61,450 nt of DNA from Pirellulales bacterium (GTDB taxonomy: Bacteria > Planctomycetota > Planctomycetia > Pirellulales > UBA1268): assembly GCA_040397685.1 (NCBI GenBank), contig JBBAVM010000001.1, positions 64,432 to 125,881 of the forward strand, given 5' to 3'. Below the pieces are notes generated by a model, which saw nothing but the letters and a program-made list of their open reading frames with translations, ran no database searches and was not told where the DNA came from. Each line of letters starts with the position of its first letter. The stretch's first letter is position 1. The translations under genes and the position numbers were made by a program. Positions 32,401 to 39,911 of the stretch are shown here, piece after piece.

Positions 32401-33116
32401 GGGACCGGTTCGCCGGCTTTCTCGCCGACGTGCCTGATCTGCCCACGCTCTCCCCTTCGCCACTCGCGGCGCGCTCCGGCCGTGGCGTGCAGCCACCCGC
32501 CGACCTCGCCAATCGCATCTGCAGCCGCGTCGGCACGGCGCTGCAACACACCTTCGCGCGGATCTCGCCGCGGGAGTTGCTCACGGAACCAGCCGAAGGA
32601 ATCCGCTTCACGGGCAGCGGCCTCGGCGAGCCGTGGGGCCGGGCGATCCACCGGCTGCTCGAACTCGCGGCACATGATCCTGGCCTCGACCTCGACGCCG
32701 CTGCCGCCACGGCCCTCTCGAGCGAGGAGGTGCCGCCGGGGCATCTCGCCCGGGCCGTCGCGACGGTGCGCGACGTGCTCGCAAGCGACGTGTGGAAACG
32801 GGCCCAGGCAAGCGGCGAGCGATTCGTCGAGGTACCGTTCGCCGTGCAGGTGCGGGGCGAGGAACTGCCCGACCGGGTGCGGGTGTTCACCGGCGACGGA
32901 CCGCCGGTGCCGACGGTGGTCCGCGGGGTGATCGACCTCGTCTTCCGTGAGGCCGACGGTGCTTCACAGGGTTCTTGGACGGTGGTCGATTGGAAGACCG
33001 ACGCCGTCGCCGCCGACAGCGTGGACCGTCTCCACGACCACTACCGCCCGCAGGTCGAACTCTACGCCGACTGTTGGCGGCTGCTCGCGGACAGCACGGC
33101 TCCGCAACCTCTATAA
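26418..33116 (+). CDS. Single-polypeptide AddB-AddA-type helicase-nuclease (2232 aa)
   Basis: N-terminal half is AddB-like, with a nuclease/Fe-S module (GACPRRFF.., RGRIDRID..LWDYKSG 29259-, CGHCDFAPVC 29562-29591). C-terminal half is UvrD/AddA-like (AAAGTGKTT 29838-, VTFTKKAA, LVDEFQDTD, VGDPKQSLYRFRRAD) and ends in a PD-(D/E)xK motif (GVIDLVF..VVDWKTD 32988-, QVELY). Confidence 0.8.
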   Translation: MSPSRKTAAAPAAAPGWHALEVPVPVASRLVRSRGGLPGRAAPQANRLLESLAAALPDIALERATETVADPAWLIAPSRRIGHQWLETLVRLGHGIANVHVTTVSALAFDIVADALAATGTTLAPPRAKLVAVERVLDESRPDLRSFAGAEGSLRRLAERVLSSLESLRAAGLAPRDVARSLGRSDKAHDLGLLLERYTAALRAMNLTDQAGEIALAIAEVEAGRVPSALALLLVPDDIDLPPLERRLLDTLAKAPGVRMRSLATDPPLPAAFAPIDTPPISIFRAAGEANEVRHLLRTCLARGLTFDEIEIVHTDAATYPALVREIVAALPQPTDDAGREHHVPVTFAEGLPLVDSKPGRALAGWLAWRRTGHPQAGLERLLRDGVLDLRGLAADALPAPALVREFRGVKIGRGLDRTVSMLANAAARAAEQPAAAFARHDDDEGPREATSPEDLASRKARISGRLDALAGLARWLADCEGGPNPSASSVLAGARRFVETLCPADSEFDGNARRLLLDEIDAMLQWQGDHAGTTPREMLDWLEQLPAELVVLGSGPRPGCLHVSGLAGGGHAGRPYTFVLGLDENRFPGGGAADPLLTDGDRILINHQHPEARLAVARDAATRNLDLWRRLLARLRGEVWLGFSCRDTTDDAEVFPSPALVALHARLTGNPLATVADLLATLAPPETLVPDNPDLALDESQWWLATLSPDATGADVAAALAAHRGHLAHGQAAVAARASREFTPYDGLVPAAGPQLDPRAGRAASPNSLEMIGACPRRFFFRYGLGIEPLEEFDDDADRWLTPLDAGSLLHTVLERFMRDLIDSGEAPEVARHLDGLLAILDAELDASRQRQPPLTMLAFEARRDELRSAMLTFLHDEERSCRESGRRPLALEAAIGIEPAGAATPFDCAEPVAVLLAPGETLRLRGRIDRIDVRSGTGAPAYTLWDYKSGSGYGFPAVSDADPFAGGRKLQHGLYVVMLRTRLADPSCPIAGGEVERFGYFFPTRAGKGRRLEWTAAQLDDCTRLVRQLAEIARQGMFLPTSDAADCGHCDFAPVCGDPAKVARDAARMVAASDALRNLFGVLRRDRQPRPELEIRRPHEASLDLTPHPPAPVPPPDEPVRERIRTDLATTLLVEAAAGTGKTTCIVARMLALVRTGTARPEGIVAVTFTKKAAAELRRRFRERLQRATSEATDPAEQVRLAAALERIDSMVIGTIHSFAGRLLRERPLEAGIDPGFRELDEASDRMLRRQAWRDFVTSAPTDHPQLLADLAAVGLRLGDLSQLFIDRFATYGDVEDWPAPAADLPDTVAVLRAVEAFVTRIEAEAFPEPADRGTDDLMNALEQFARMVRRCDTSSVAAVMDTIQELDRSPKPTQKYWPGTGDTDAARKAAQKDAALGWQAAWEQLRDTVALPALWQWRAHRYPTAIAALKAALAVYDRLRAERGVLSFQDLLCKAARLVAGDADVRRSFRSRYTHLLVDEFQDTDPVQAEMLLLLTADDPRETDWRKCVPVPGSLFVVGDPKQSLYRFRRADIVTYSAVRDVIAAHGDVVALTTNFRSRGDLVTWTNDVFSQEFPPQPTVESPSFTPSTSGRREAPVDGNERGWLTGLRTLRLVRSGTGGDAWAEREAREIAGFIKNAVDARIAVPRTVEEAAAGATTACRPGDFLIVARERKHLGIYAAACHAAGLPVDVTGTLGEDQAEPLRGLRTCLAALADPDDPVAMLALLRGAVFGFSDADLFAYKSAGGRFGGPIDVPQKLDPALAERFSGTRTAFARWRGWLKHLPVAATVERVIDDAGLLLVAAAADGEAGPRGRAVAGLLLKYVERLRSDRLEVVSLHDCLDLLDDMLDTSARAEFDPLTIDVPSADRVRIMNLHKAKGLEAPVVFLADFQRREPGDDAEDGPYLHVDRSAHRTTGWLAVTHPVGRATKIVAAPPGWADLCRRERAFEAAERIRLDYVAATRAGACMVVSLFEKHEKATKTKPESFAADGAWDRFAGFLADVPDLPTLSPSPLAARSGRGVQPPADLANRICSRVGTALQHTFARISPRELLTEPAEGIRFTGSGLGEPWGRAIHRLLELAAHDPGLDLDAAAATALSSEEVPPGHLARAVATVRDVLASDVWKRAQASGERFVEVPFAVQVRGEELPDRVRVFTGDGPPVPTVVRGVIDLVFREADGASQGSWTVVDWKTDAVAADSVDRLHDHYRPQVELYADCWRLLADSTAPQPL

Positions 33117-33136
33117 CTGCGGCTCTGGAGCCAGCC

Positions 33137-34321
33137 ATGACAACCCCTGCCGACCCCACGATCACCTGTCCCAACTGCAAGGCCGAGGTCCGGCTCACCG
33201 AGTCACTCGCCGCGCCGCTGGTGGAGGCGACGCGGTCGGAATACGAGCGGAAGCTCCAGGCCGAGCGGGCGGCGATTGCGAAGGCCGAGGGCCAGAAAGC
33301 CCGGCTCGCGCTCCAGGCCGATCTCGACCAGCGGGCCAAGGACCTCGCCGACCTGAAGGACGTGCTCGCGGATCGCGATGCGAAGCTCATCGAGGCCCAG
33401 AAGGCCCAGACGGAGGCCCTCAAGAAACAGCGCGAGCTCGACGACGCCCGCCGCGAGCTCGATTTGTCGGTGGAGAAGAAGGTGCAGGAGTCGCTCGCCG
33501 CCGCCCGGGCCCAGGCGAAGCAGGAGGCGGAATCCGACCTCCGGCTCAAGATGGCGGAGAAGGAGCAGACGATCACGGCGATGCAGAAGCAGATCGAGGA
33601 CCTCAAGCGCCGGGCCGAGCAGGGCTCGCAGCAGCTCCAGGGGGAGGTGCAGGAATTGGAGCTCGAGAACGTGCTCAAACAGTCGTTCCCGACCGACGTC
33701 TTCACGCCCGTGGCGAAGGGGGAGTTCGGCGGCGATGTCGTGCATGCCGTGGCCCGCGGGGAGGGAATCATCTGCGGCACGATCCTGTGGGAGTCGAAGC
33801 GCACGAAAAACTGGAGCGACGGCTGGCTCGTGAAGCTCCGCGACGACCAGCGGGCGGCGAAGGCGGATCTCGCGGTGATCGTGACGCAGGCGCTGCCCAA
33901 GGGGATCGAGTCGTTCGGCCACGTGGACGGCGTGTGGGTGACGAGCCAGCGCACGTTCGTGCCGCTCGCCGTCGCCCTGCGGCACACGCTCCTCGAGCTC
34001 GCGCTCGCCCGGCAGGCCGGCGAAGGCCAGCAGACGAAGATGGAGCTCGTCTACCACTACCTCACAGGCCCACGCTTCCGGCAGCGTGTGACGGCGATCA
34101 TCGAGAAGTTCGAGGAGATGTCGGCCGATCTCGTGAAGGAGCGGGCCACGATGACGAAGCTCTGGGCACGGCGCGAGATGCAGATCCAGGCCGTGCTCAC
34201 GGCGACCGCCGGGATGTACGGCGACCTCCAGGGGATCGCGGGCCAGGCGATCGAGACGATCGCGGCGCTCGACGTCTCTCGGCTCACCGGGCCCGGTGAC
34301 AGGCCCGAGAAGCAGCCGTAG
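33137..34321 (+). CDS. DUF2130-family protein (zinc-ribbon + long coiled coil + RmuC-like PD-(D/E)xK C-terminal domain)
   Basis: ATG 33137, 21 nt after the AddBA stop. Motifs: CPNCKAEV, about 180 aa of E/K/A/Q-rich coiled coil, then GGDVVH..GTILWESKRTKNW (D..ExK, 33788-). Confidence 0.75.
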   Translation: MTTPADPTITCPNCKAEVRLTESLAAPLVEATRSEYERKLQAERAAIAKAEGQKARLALQADLDQRAKDLADLKDVLADRDAKLIEAQKAQTEALKKQRELDDARRELDLSVEKKVQESLAAARAQAKQEAESDLRLKMAEKEQTITAMQKQIEDLKRRAEQGSQQLQGEVQELELENVLKQSFPTDVFTPVAKGEFGGDVVHAVARGEGIICGTILWESKRTKNWSDGWLVKLRDDQRAAKADLAVIVTQALPKGIESFGHVDGVWVTSQRTFVPLAVALRHTLLELALARQAGEGQQTKMELVYHYLTGPRFRQRVTAIIEKFEEMSADLVKERATMTKLWARREMQIQAVLTATAGMYGDLQGIAGQAIETIAALDVSRLTGPGDRPEKQP

Positions 34322-34331
34322 CGCCGGCCCG

Positions 34332-34562
34332 CTACCACAGCCCCTCGTGCCTGAGCCTGGCCTCGACGGTGTCGGCCAGGTCGCGGGCTTGGGCCTCGAG
34401 TTCCTCGAGCTCCTCCTCGTCCTCGTTGTCCTCCGCGCGGCGGGCGAGGAACAGGAGATAGTTGGCCTCGTTCCGCCAGGCCTTGAGCCAGTCGGGCCGG
34501 GTGGAGACGGGGCGGTAGATGAGCCGCTCGAGCCGGTCGAATTCGTCGCTGGCCGCGGTCAC
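34332..34562 (-). CDS. Small acidic hypothetical protein (76 aa)
   Basis: Starts 4 nt after the stop of the upstream gene (34567). Coding-like texture. No family recognised. Confidence 0.4.
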   Translation of the reverse strand: MTAASDEFDRLERLIYRPVSTRPDWLKAWRNEANYLLFLARRAEDNEDEEELEELEAQARDLADTVEARLRHEGLW

Positions 34563-34566
34563 GGCA

Positions 34567-35532
34567 TCACGGGCCCGTGGGCTTCGGCTCGGGATTCTCC
34601 ATCTGCACGAGCTCCCACTCCTGCACGGCCGTGCCGGTCTTCATCGTCACGCCGCTCGGGGTCTTCAGGAGCGCGTCGAGCGTGGTCTCGAACGTCGCGC
34701 CTCCCGACGCGCCGACCGTCCACGTCGCCTTGCGGGTCTCCGCGTCGATCTTTCCGGAAATCGGCTGCGTGGCGTTGGAGATCGCATCGTAGTAGTTGCC
34801 CTTGAGCTCACCCTTTCGGCTTACGGCGAGTTGCTGGTAGACGTGCGCCTGCGTCGCACCCTTCGGGGCGGTGGCAAAGACGCCGAGCGGCAGCCATTCG
34901 AGATCCTCCGGCGGCGCGGCCGACGATGCCGGCGTCGCCGTCGTGGAAGCCGCTGCCGATGTGGCGGCGGCCGTCGTCGCGCCCTCGGTGGCCACGGAAT
35001 AGCCGAGCCAGCTCGAGAGCCCGGCGACGCCCGCCACGGCCCACCAATCGGCGTAGGGATGCGCATACCGCCAGGCATTCGGATGTTCGGCATACCAGGC
35101 GGCGGTGAACGGCTGCGTGCGGCCGGCGAGCGACGCCTGGAGGGAATTCACGCGGCTCTGCGCCGCGGCGGGATCGACCGCCGCTCGCGCGGCCGCCGGC
35201 CTGGCGTTGATGAAGGTTTCGACGTCGCGGGGCGACGCAGGCCTTCCGACGCCGGCCGGTCCAGGACCGATCGCGCCAGGACCGATCGCGCCGGGCCCCG
35301 CGGCGCCCGGACCGACGGCACCGGGCCCACCGGGGCCGCCCGGGCCCGGACGCATGCCGCCGCCCACACCGGGCCGATCAGCGTTGCCGGGGCCACCGGG
35401 GCCACCGGGGCCGCCGGGGCCTCGCCCACCGCCCGGTCGGGCGAAGGCCTCGAACTCACACGAAACGATCGAGGCGATGACGAATGCCACGCGAACGACA
35501 CGACGCAGCGAGTCGGAATGGAATCGGCTCAT
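34567..35532 (-). CDS. Secreted protein with Gly/Pro-rich low-complexity region
   Basis: Signal-like N-terminus MSRFHSDSLRRVVRVAFVIASIVS, then (GPG)n-type tracts, then a globular C-terminal half. Confidence 0.55.
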   Translation of the reverse strand: MSRFHSDSLRRVVRVAFVIASIVSCEFEAFARPGGGRGPGGPGGPGGPGNADRPGVGGGMRPGPGGPGGPGAVGPGAAGPGAIGPGAIGPGPAGVGRPASPRDVETFINARPAAARAAVDPAAAQSRVNSLQASLAGRTQPFTAAWYAEHPNAWRYAHPYADWWAVAGVAGLSSWLGYSVATEGATTAAATSAAASTTATPASSAAPPEDLEWLPLGVFATAPKGATQAHVYQQLAVSRKGELKGNYYDAISNATQPISGKIDAETRKATWTVGASGGATFETTLDALLKTPSGVTMKTGTAVQEWELVQMENPEPKPTGP

Positions 35533-35553
35533 GGCTGAAACGCTCCAGGGAGG

Positions 35554-36663
35554 CTAGGACCGTGTGGTGAGGTTCACCGCATACCGGGGAAAATCGGTGT
35601 AGCCGCGGGCACCCGTCGGGGAATACCACGCGGCCATGTCGGCCGGCTCGGCGAGCGGCCAGCCGTTCCGCAGCCGTTCGACGAGGTCGGGATTCGAGAT
35701 GTACGGGCGGCCGAAGGCGACGAGGTCGGCGACACCCTCGGCCACGGCCTTCTCGGCCGAGTCGAACGTGTAGCCGCAGTTGCCCATGAGCGGGCCACGG
35801 AACACGCGGCGGAACTCCGTGAGCGCCATTGGCTCGCCCAGCTTGTGGAAGCCGAACGCCAGCCCGTCCACGACGTGCAGGTAGGCGAGATCCAGCCGAT
35901 CGAGCATCGTCGCCACATGCGAAAACTGCTCGCGGAAGTTGGGGGAGCCCATGTCGTTGAACACGCCGTTCGGTGAAATCCTCACGCCCACGCGACGGGC
36001 CGGCCACTCGGCCGACACGGCCTCCACGACGTCCTTGAGAAACCGCGCCCGCTTCTCGATGCTGCCGCCGTAGTCGTCGGTGCGATGGTTCGTCTTCGAC
36101 TGCAGGAACTGGTCGATGAGATAGCCGTTCGCCGCATGGACCTCGACGCCGTCGAACCCCGCCGCCCGGGCCCGGGCGGAGGCCCGGCGGTAGTCGGCGA
36201 CGACGTTCGCGATCTCCCAGGTCTCGAGGGCCCGTGGCGCCTCGTAGGGCTTCTTCCCAAGCGGCGTGTGGATGCCGTCGCCCTCGATCTTCACCGCCGA
36301 GGCCGACACCGGCAGGCTCCCGCCGTGGAAGTCGCTGTGGGAGGCGCGACCCATATGCCAGAGTTGGAGGAAGATCCGGCCGCCGGCCGCGTGCACCGCC
36401 GATGTCACGCCCTTCCAGCCTTCCTGCATCGCGTCGGTGTAGACGCCGGGCGACTCGAGCCAGCCGTTGGCCTGCTCCGAGATCGTGGTGGCCTCGGCGA
36501 TGATCAGTCCTGCGGAGGCCCGCTGCACGTAGTACTCCGCCATCACGGCGTTCGGGATCCGGTCCGCGCCGGCCCGGCCACGGGTGAGCGGCGCCATCAC
36601 GACCCGATTGGGGAGCGTGAGATCGCCGATCTCGAAAGGCTCGAGCAGCTTCGTTCCGGCCAT
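35554..36663 (-). CDS. Old Yellow Enzyme family NADH:flavin oxidoreductase / alkene (N-ethylmaleimide-type) reductase
   Basis: Motifs: LPNRVVMAPLTRGRA, IIAEAT, QLWHMGR, GFDGVEVHAANGYLIDQFL, DDYGGS. Confidence 0.88.
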   Translation of the reverse strand: MAGTKLLEPFEIGDLTLPNRVVMAPLTRGRAGADRIPNAVMAEYYVQRASAGLIIAEATTISEQANGWLESPGVYTDAMQEGWKGVTSAVHAAGGRIFLQLWHMGRASHSDFHGGSLPVSASAVKIEGDGIHTPLGKKPYEAPRALETWEIANVVADYRRASARARAAGFDGVEVHAANGYLIDQFLQSKTNHRTDDYGGSIEKRARFLKDVVEAVSAEWPARRVGVRISPNGVFNDMGSPNFREQFSHVATMLDRLDLAYLHVVDGLAFGFHKLGEPMALTEFRRVFRGPLMGNCGYTFDSAEKAVAEGVADLVAFGRPYISNPDLVERLRNGWPLAEPADMAAWYSPTGARGYTDFPRYAVNLTTRS

Positions 36664-36764
36664 GATGCCTGCCTCGTGAACGGGGGCCAGTCGTTATACC
36701 AAGAAGGCGGCGGGAGACTCGCGTCCCCCGCCGCCACTCGCACGTCAATCATCGCCGTCGGCGA

Positions 36765-37007
36765 CTACTTGCCGCAGCAGCCGGAGCTGCCACAGCCCGA
36801 GCCGCAGCACTCCTCCGTATCGGCCTTCACGCCGGCCGCAGGGCACTCGTCGACGCAGCACTCGCAGGTGCAGGTCGTGCACTTGCAGACGCCCGTCTCG
36901 CAGCAGCCGCAGCAGTCACACTTCGGGCAGCCGGCCGTCGGGCCGGCCGTGATGGCGGGCACCGAGGCCGCGAGGCCCAGCGCCGCCCAGAGCAGGAAAC
37001 CGTTCAT
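36765..37007 (-). CDS. Exported Cys-rich (metallothionein-like) peptide, 80 aa
   Basis: Signal peptide MNGFLLWAALGLAASVPAITA, followed by 18 Cys in 54 residues (CPKCDCCGCCETGVCKCTTCTCECCVDEC..EECCGSGCGSSGCCGK). A GC-rich hairpin lies downstream at about 36704-36735. Confidence 0.55.
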   Translation of the reverse strand: MNGFLLWAALGLAASVPAITAGPTAGCPKCDCCGCCETGVCKCTTCTCECCVDECPAAGVKADTEECCGSGCGSSGCCGK

Positions 37008-37097
37008 GGGAAAATCCTTCGCATGGTTGGGAATCGAACCGATCGATCCGCGTCACGACGCGTGAGCGCGGAGAAGCCTGGGAACGCGGCTTCTGAT

Positions 37098-37523
37098 TCA
37101 GTTCCGCCAGACGCCAAACAGGATCCGCGGCGGGCGGATCGGCACGGCGAGCGCGGCCGCCAGATACTCCCGGCTCGCGCCGAGCACCTGCGGCACATCG
37201 GGCGTGGCGATCGCGGGCGCCGGCGTCCACGCACCGTGATCGAGGGTGATGCTCACGAGCCGCGGCTGCGACGACGGCTGGTCGTCACGCGGCTCCAGCT
37301 GACAGCGGCAGGGAGTGTCGGCCGCCGTGTCGCAGCACGTCACCGCCTCGCGGCAGCAGCTGGTCGCCTGCTCGCAGCAGCTGCGGGATTCGCCGGTTTC
37401 GACGGGCCGCGGCTCGCAGCAAACCAGGTCGCAGGCACGGCAGAACGCCCGGGGCACTACCTGGGCGACGAGCGTCGCACACGCCACGACCAACCACGCG
37501 ACGATTCGACCGCGGGCCATCAC
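37098..37523 (-). CDS. Membrane-anchored Cys-rich protein (141 aa)
   Basis: N-terminal TM/signal MMARGRIVAWLVVACATLVAQV, then CC-pair-rich region CRACDLVCCEP..SCCEQATSCCREAVTCCD..CRC. Lies directly upstream of the Cys-rich peptide gene. Confidence 0.45.
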   Translation of the reverse strand: MMARGRIVAWLVVACATLVAQVVPRAFCRACDLVCCEPRPVETGESRSCCEQATSCCREAVTCCDTAADTPCRCQLEPRDDQPSSQPRLVSITLDHGAWTPAPAIATPDVPQVLGASREYLAAALAVPIRPPRILFGVWRN

Positions 37524-37639
37524 CAGACCTCCTGCTTCATTCTATTCCGTACGCCCTCCGGGGCGATTCGGTTCGGCAGATCGCCGTTTCGCGGCTGAAT
37601 CACGCCGCCCCACGAGCCGCGGCCCGGCCATCTTGGCGA

Positions 37640-39730
37640 TCAGTCGGTCGTCCAGCGGCTCTCGTAGACGGTATCCCGCCGTGGCATGATCACCGACCAG
37701 CCGATGAGCTGGCCGTAGGGATGGTCGATCGTGTATCGCGACGTGAGCGGCTCAGCGGCATCGGGGGCGCCGCGCGGATAGCGCACGAGTTCGTACCGTC
37801 GATAGGGGTGATCCTCCGGAAAGAGCAGCCACACCGTGATGAGGTCGGCGTCGAACTGCATCACCATCGGCATGCGGCCCGGCGGCAACGACGAAAATCG
37901 CACGGCCCCGCCGAGCTCGAGCGTGATCGGCTCGTCGAGCGGTGCCTTCGAGAGGTCGCAGTGGAATTCGTAGGCTCCCCCGGCGGCGTCCGGCGGCGTC
38001 GCAGTCACCCGCCGCACCGCGATCGGATACGGGCTCTTGGGCTGGCGGTAGTCCACGTCCTCGATGTCGAACGCGGTGCGGAAAACAACGCCGCGCGTCT
38101 GCCGCGCCGCATCCTTCACCCGCAGCACGACGCGGTCGCGGAAATGCACGCGGCCCCCCGAGTCGGGTCCCAGCCTCCCCGACCAGGCGTGGCGGAGATC
38201 GTTGATCCGACTGTAGGCGAGGATCTCGACGCCGGCGAAGTCGTCGGGAGTGGGGACGGCAGCCGTTGTGACGGCGATTTTCCGCCATGTGACGAACGGG
38301 TCGCTCTCCACGAGATCGAGGACGATCCGGATGTCGGGGTCCCCCTTCGCGATCGAATCGATCACGCTCGTGAGCATCTCGGCGCGGCGGTGCACCTTGT
38401 AGAATCGCACCGGGAGATAGATGAACAAGAGGCCGGCGAGGGCGAGGTAGAGGTAGGTCGGCCAGTCTTTCCAGTCGAGGAGCATCGACCAGACTTTCCG
38501 CTGACTCGACCGGCGCAGGAGCGCCGCGATGCGGGCGGTTTCGTTCGTGTCCGCCGTGCGTGCGGTGCCGGGGGCCTGTTCCGCCGCCCCCGACCGTCCC
38601 CGCTGCACGACCGACGACCGTCCCGGCACCGGCTCCCAGGGCGGCCCCTCCGCCACCGGCTTGATCGCCTTGTCGCCGAGCCGGCGATGGAGGCTCCTGG
38701 CCACCTCGTATCCATGGGCGACGAGCGCGTTCGCCTCGAGGTCGCTGAACCGGTCGAGGTCGGTGCGGATGCTCGATACTTCGGCCTGCACCACGGGGTG
38801 CAGGGCGTGCGGGTCGTCGTGGGGATCGACCACATACGTCACCGGCAGAAACAAAAACCCGTTGCGGTCGCCGAAGTTCTCGCGCTCGAGCTGCCACACC
38901 CTGTCCCAGAGGATGTCGGACGCCCGGATCGACTGTGCGACGAAGCCCAGTGGCGTGTTCCCCAGGATCTGGAACGGCTTGCCGGCATCGCTCACGACGA
39001 TCCTGTCGAAGGTGCGGCCGCAGTGTTGCACGAGCCAGGCGAATCCGCGCGTGCCGAGGTTGTCGTAGACGCCGCCGTCGGTGAACGACTCGGCCGGGAA
39101 CTGTCCCTCGTGTACCCCGAGGTCGGCGGCCGAGATTTCGACGGGTGGGAAGAACCCCGGAAACGCCGACGAGGCGCTGACCACTTTCGCGATGCTCGCC
39201 GTCTGGCCGGCGACGTGCCGGAAGGAACCCGCCGAGCCGGCATCGCGCGTTTGGATATGGAGGCCGTCGCGGTTGAACACCGCCATCACGCCGTCGCTCA
39301 CGTTCGTGGACAGTACGTGGAGGGCGGGTTGCTCGGGCAGTTCGAAGAGCCGCCGATCGCCATAGAGGAACTGCCGATACGCCCGCTCCAAGAGCGCATT
39401 GGGCGTGAACTGCGGTGCATGCCAGCCGGTGACTTTGGCCGCCAACCGCAACGGAAACAGGAGCGGCAGCCGGCGGACGATGCGGTTGCGCACATCATGC
39501 TGCACGAAGTGCAGGATCTCCGCGGCCGCCTCACCGAACGCCCGGTCGTCGCCGGTGTAGCGGTCCCAGTTGAGGACCAGATGCGCCCCCAGGATGCTTC
39601 CGCCGGAGACGGCTGCAATGTCGGTGACCAGCGGCAGGGTGCCGTTGTCGCGCAGATAGCGGATCACGCCCAGGTGGTAGAGCGTGGCTCGAAATCCTCC
39701 GCCGGAGAGGGCGAGTCCGATGGCGGCCAT
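37640..39730 (-). CDS. Patatin-like phospholipase with a central TM segment and a ~270-aa uncharacterised C-terminal domain
   Basis: Motifs: LALSGGGFR oxyanion motif, AVSGGS (GxSxG), FTDGGVYDNLG (catalytic DGG), TM WPTYLYLALAGLLFIYLPV. Confidence 0.85.
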   Translation of the reverse strand: MAAIGLALSGGGFRATLYHLGVIRYLRDNGTLPLVTDIAAVSGGSILGAHLVLNWDRYTGDDRAFGEAAAEILHFVQHDVRNRIVRRLPLLFPLRLAAKVTGWHAPQFTPNALLERAYRQFLYGDRRLFELPEQPALHVLSTNVSDGVMAVFNRDGLHIQTRDAGSAGSFRHVAGQTASIAKVVSASSAFPGFFPPVEISAADLGVHEGQFPAESFTDGGVYDNLGTRGFAWLVQHCGRTFDRIVVSDAGKPFQILGNTPLGFVAQSIRASDILWDRVWQLERENFGDRNGFLFLPVTYVVDPHDDPHALHPVVQAEVSSIRTDLDRFSDLEANALVAHGYEVARSLHRRLGDKAIKPVAEGPPWEPVPGRSSVVQRGRSGAAEQAPGTARTADTNETARIAALLRRSSQRKVWSMLLDWKDWPTYLYLALAGLLFIYLPVRFYKVHRRAEMLTSVIDSIAKGDPDIRIVLDLVESDPFVTWRKIAVTTAAVPTPDDFAGVEILAYSRINDLRHAWSGRLGPDSGGRVHFRDRVVLRVKDAARQTRGVVFRTAFDIEDVDYRQPKSPYPIAVRRVTATPPDAAGGAYEFHCDLSKAPLDEPITLELGGAVRFSSLPPGRMPMVMQFDADLITVWLLFPEDHPYRRYELVRYPRGAPDAAEPLTSRYTIDHPYGQLIGWSVIMPRRDTVYESRWTTD

Positions 39731-39911
39731 GGGCGCTTCACTAGGCGGTCGAGCGTTGAATCTGCAGGGTTATAGCAAAGCCCTGCGAAACTCTTCCATC
39801 TTTCAGCCGCCTGGAAGCGCGGCAGCCTTGGGCGGGTTCTTGGAACTGTCGATGTCGAGGACCACGTATTCGCCGATTGCGGCGGCTCGGTTTTAGGATT
39901 CGTAGGAATCA

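Noticed and set aside
35215-35450. Nucleotide-level short tandem repeats (GGnCCn periodicity)
   Set aside because: They are explained by the Gly/Pro-rich low-complexity coding region of gene 34567-35532. This is not an independent repeat element.
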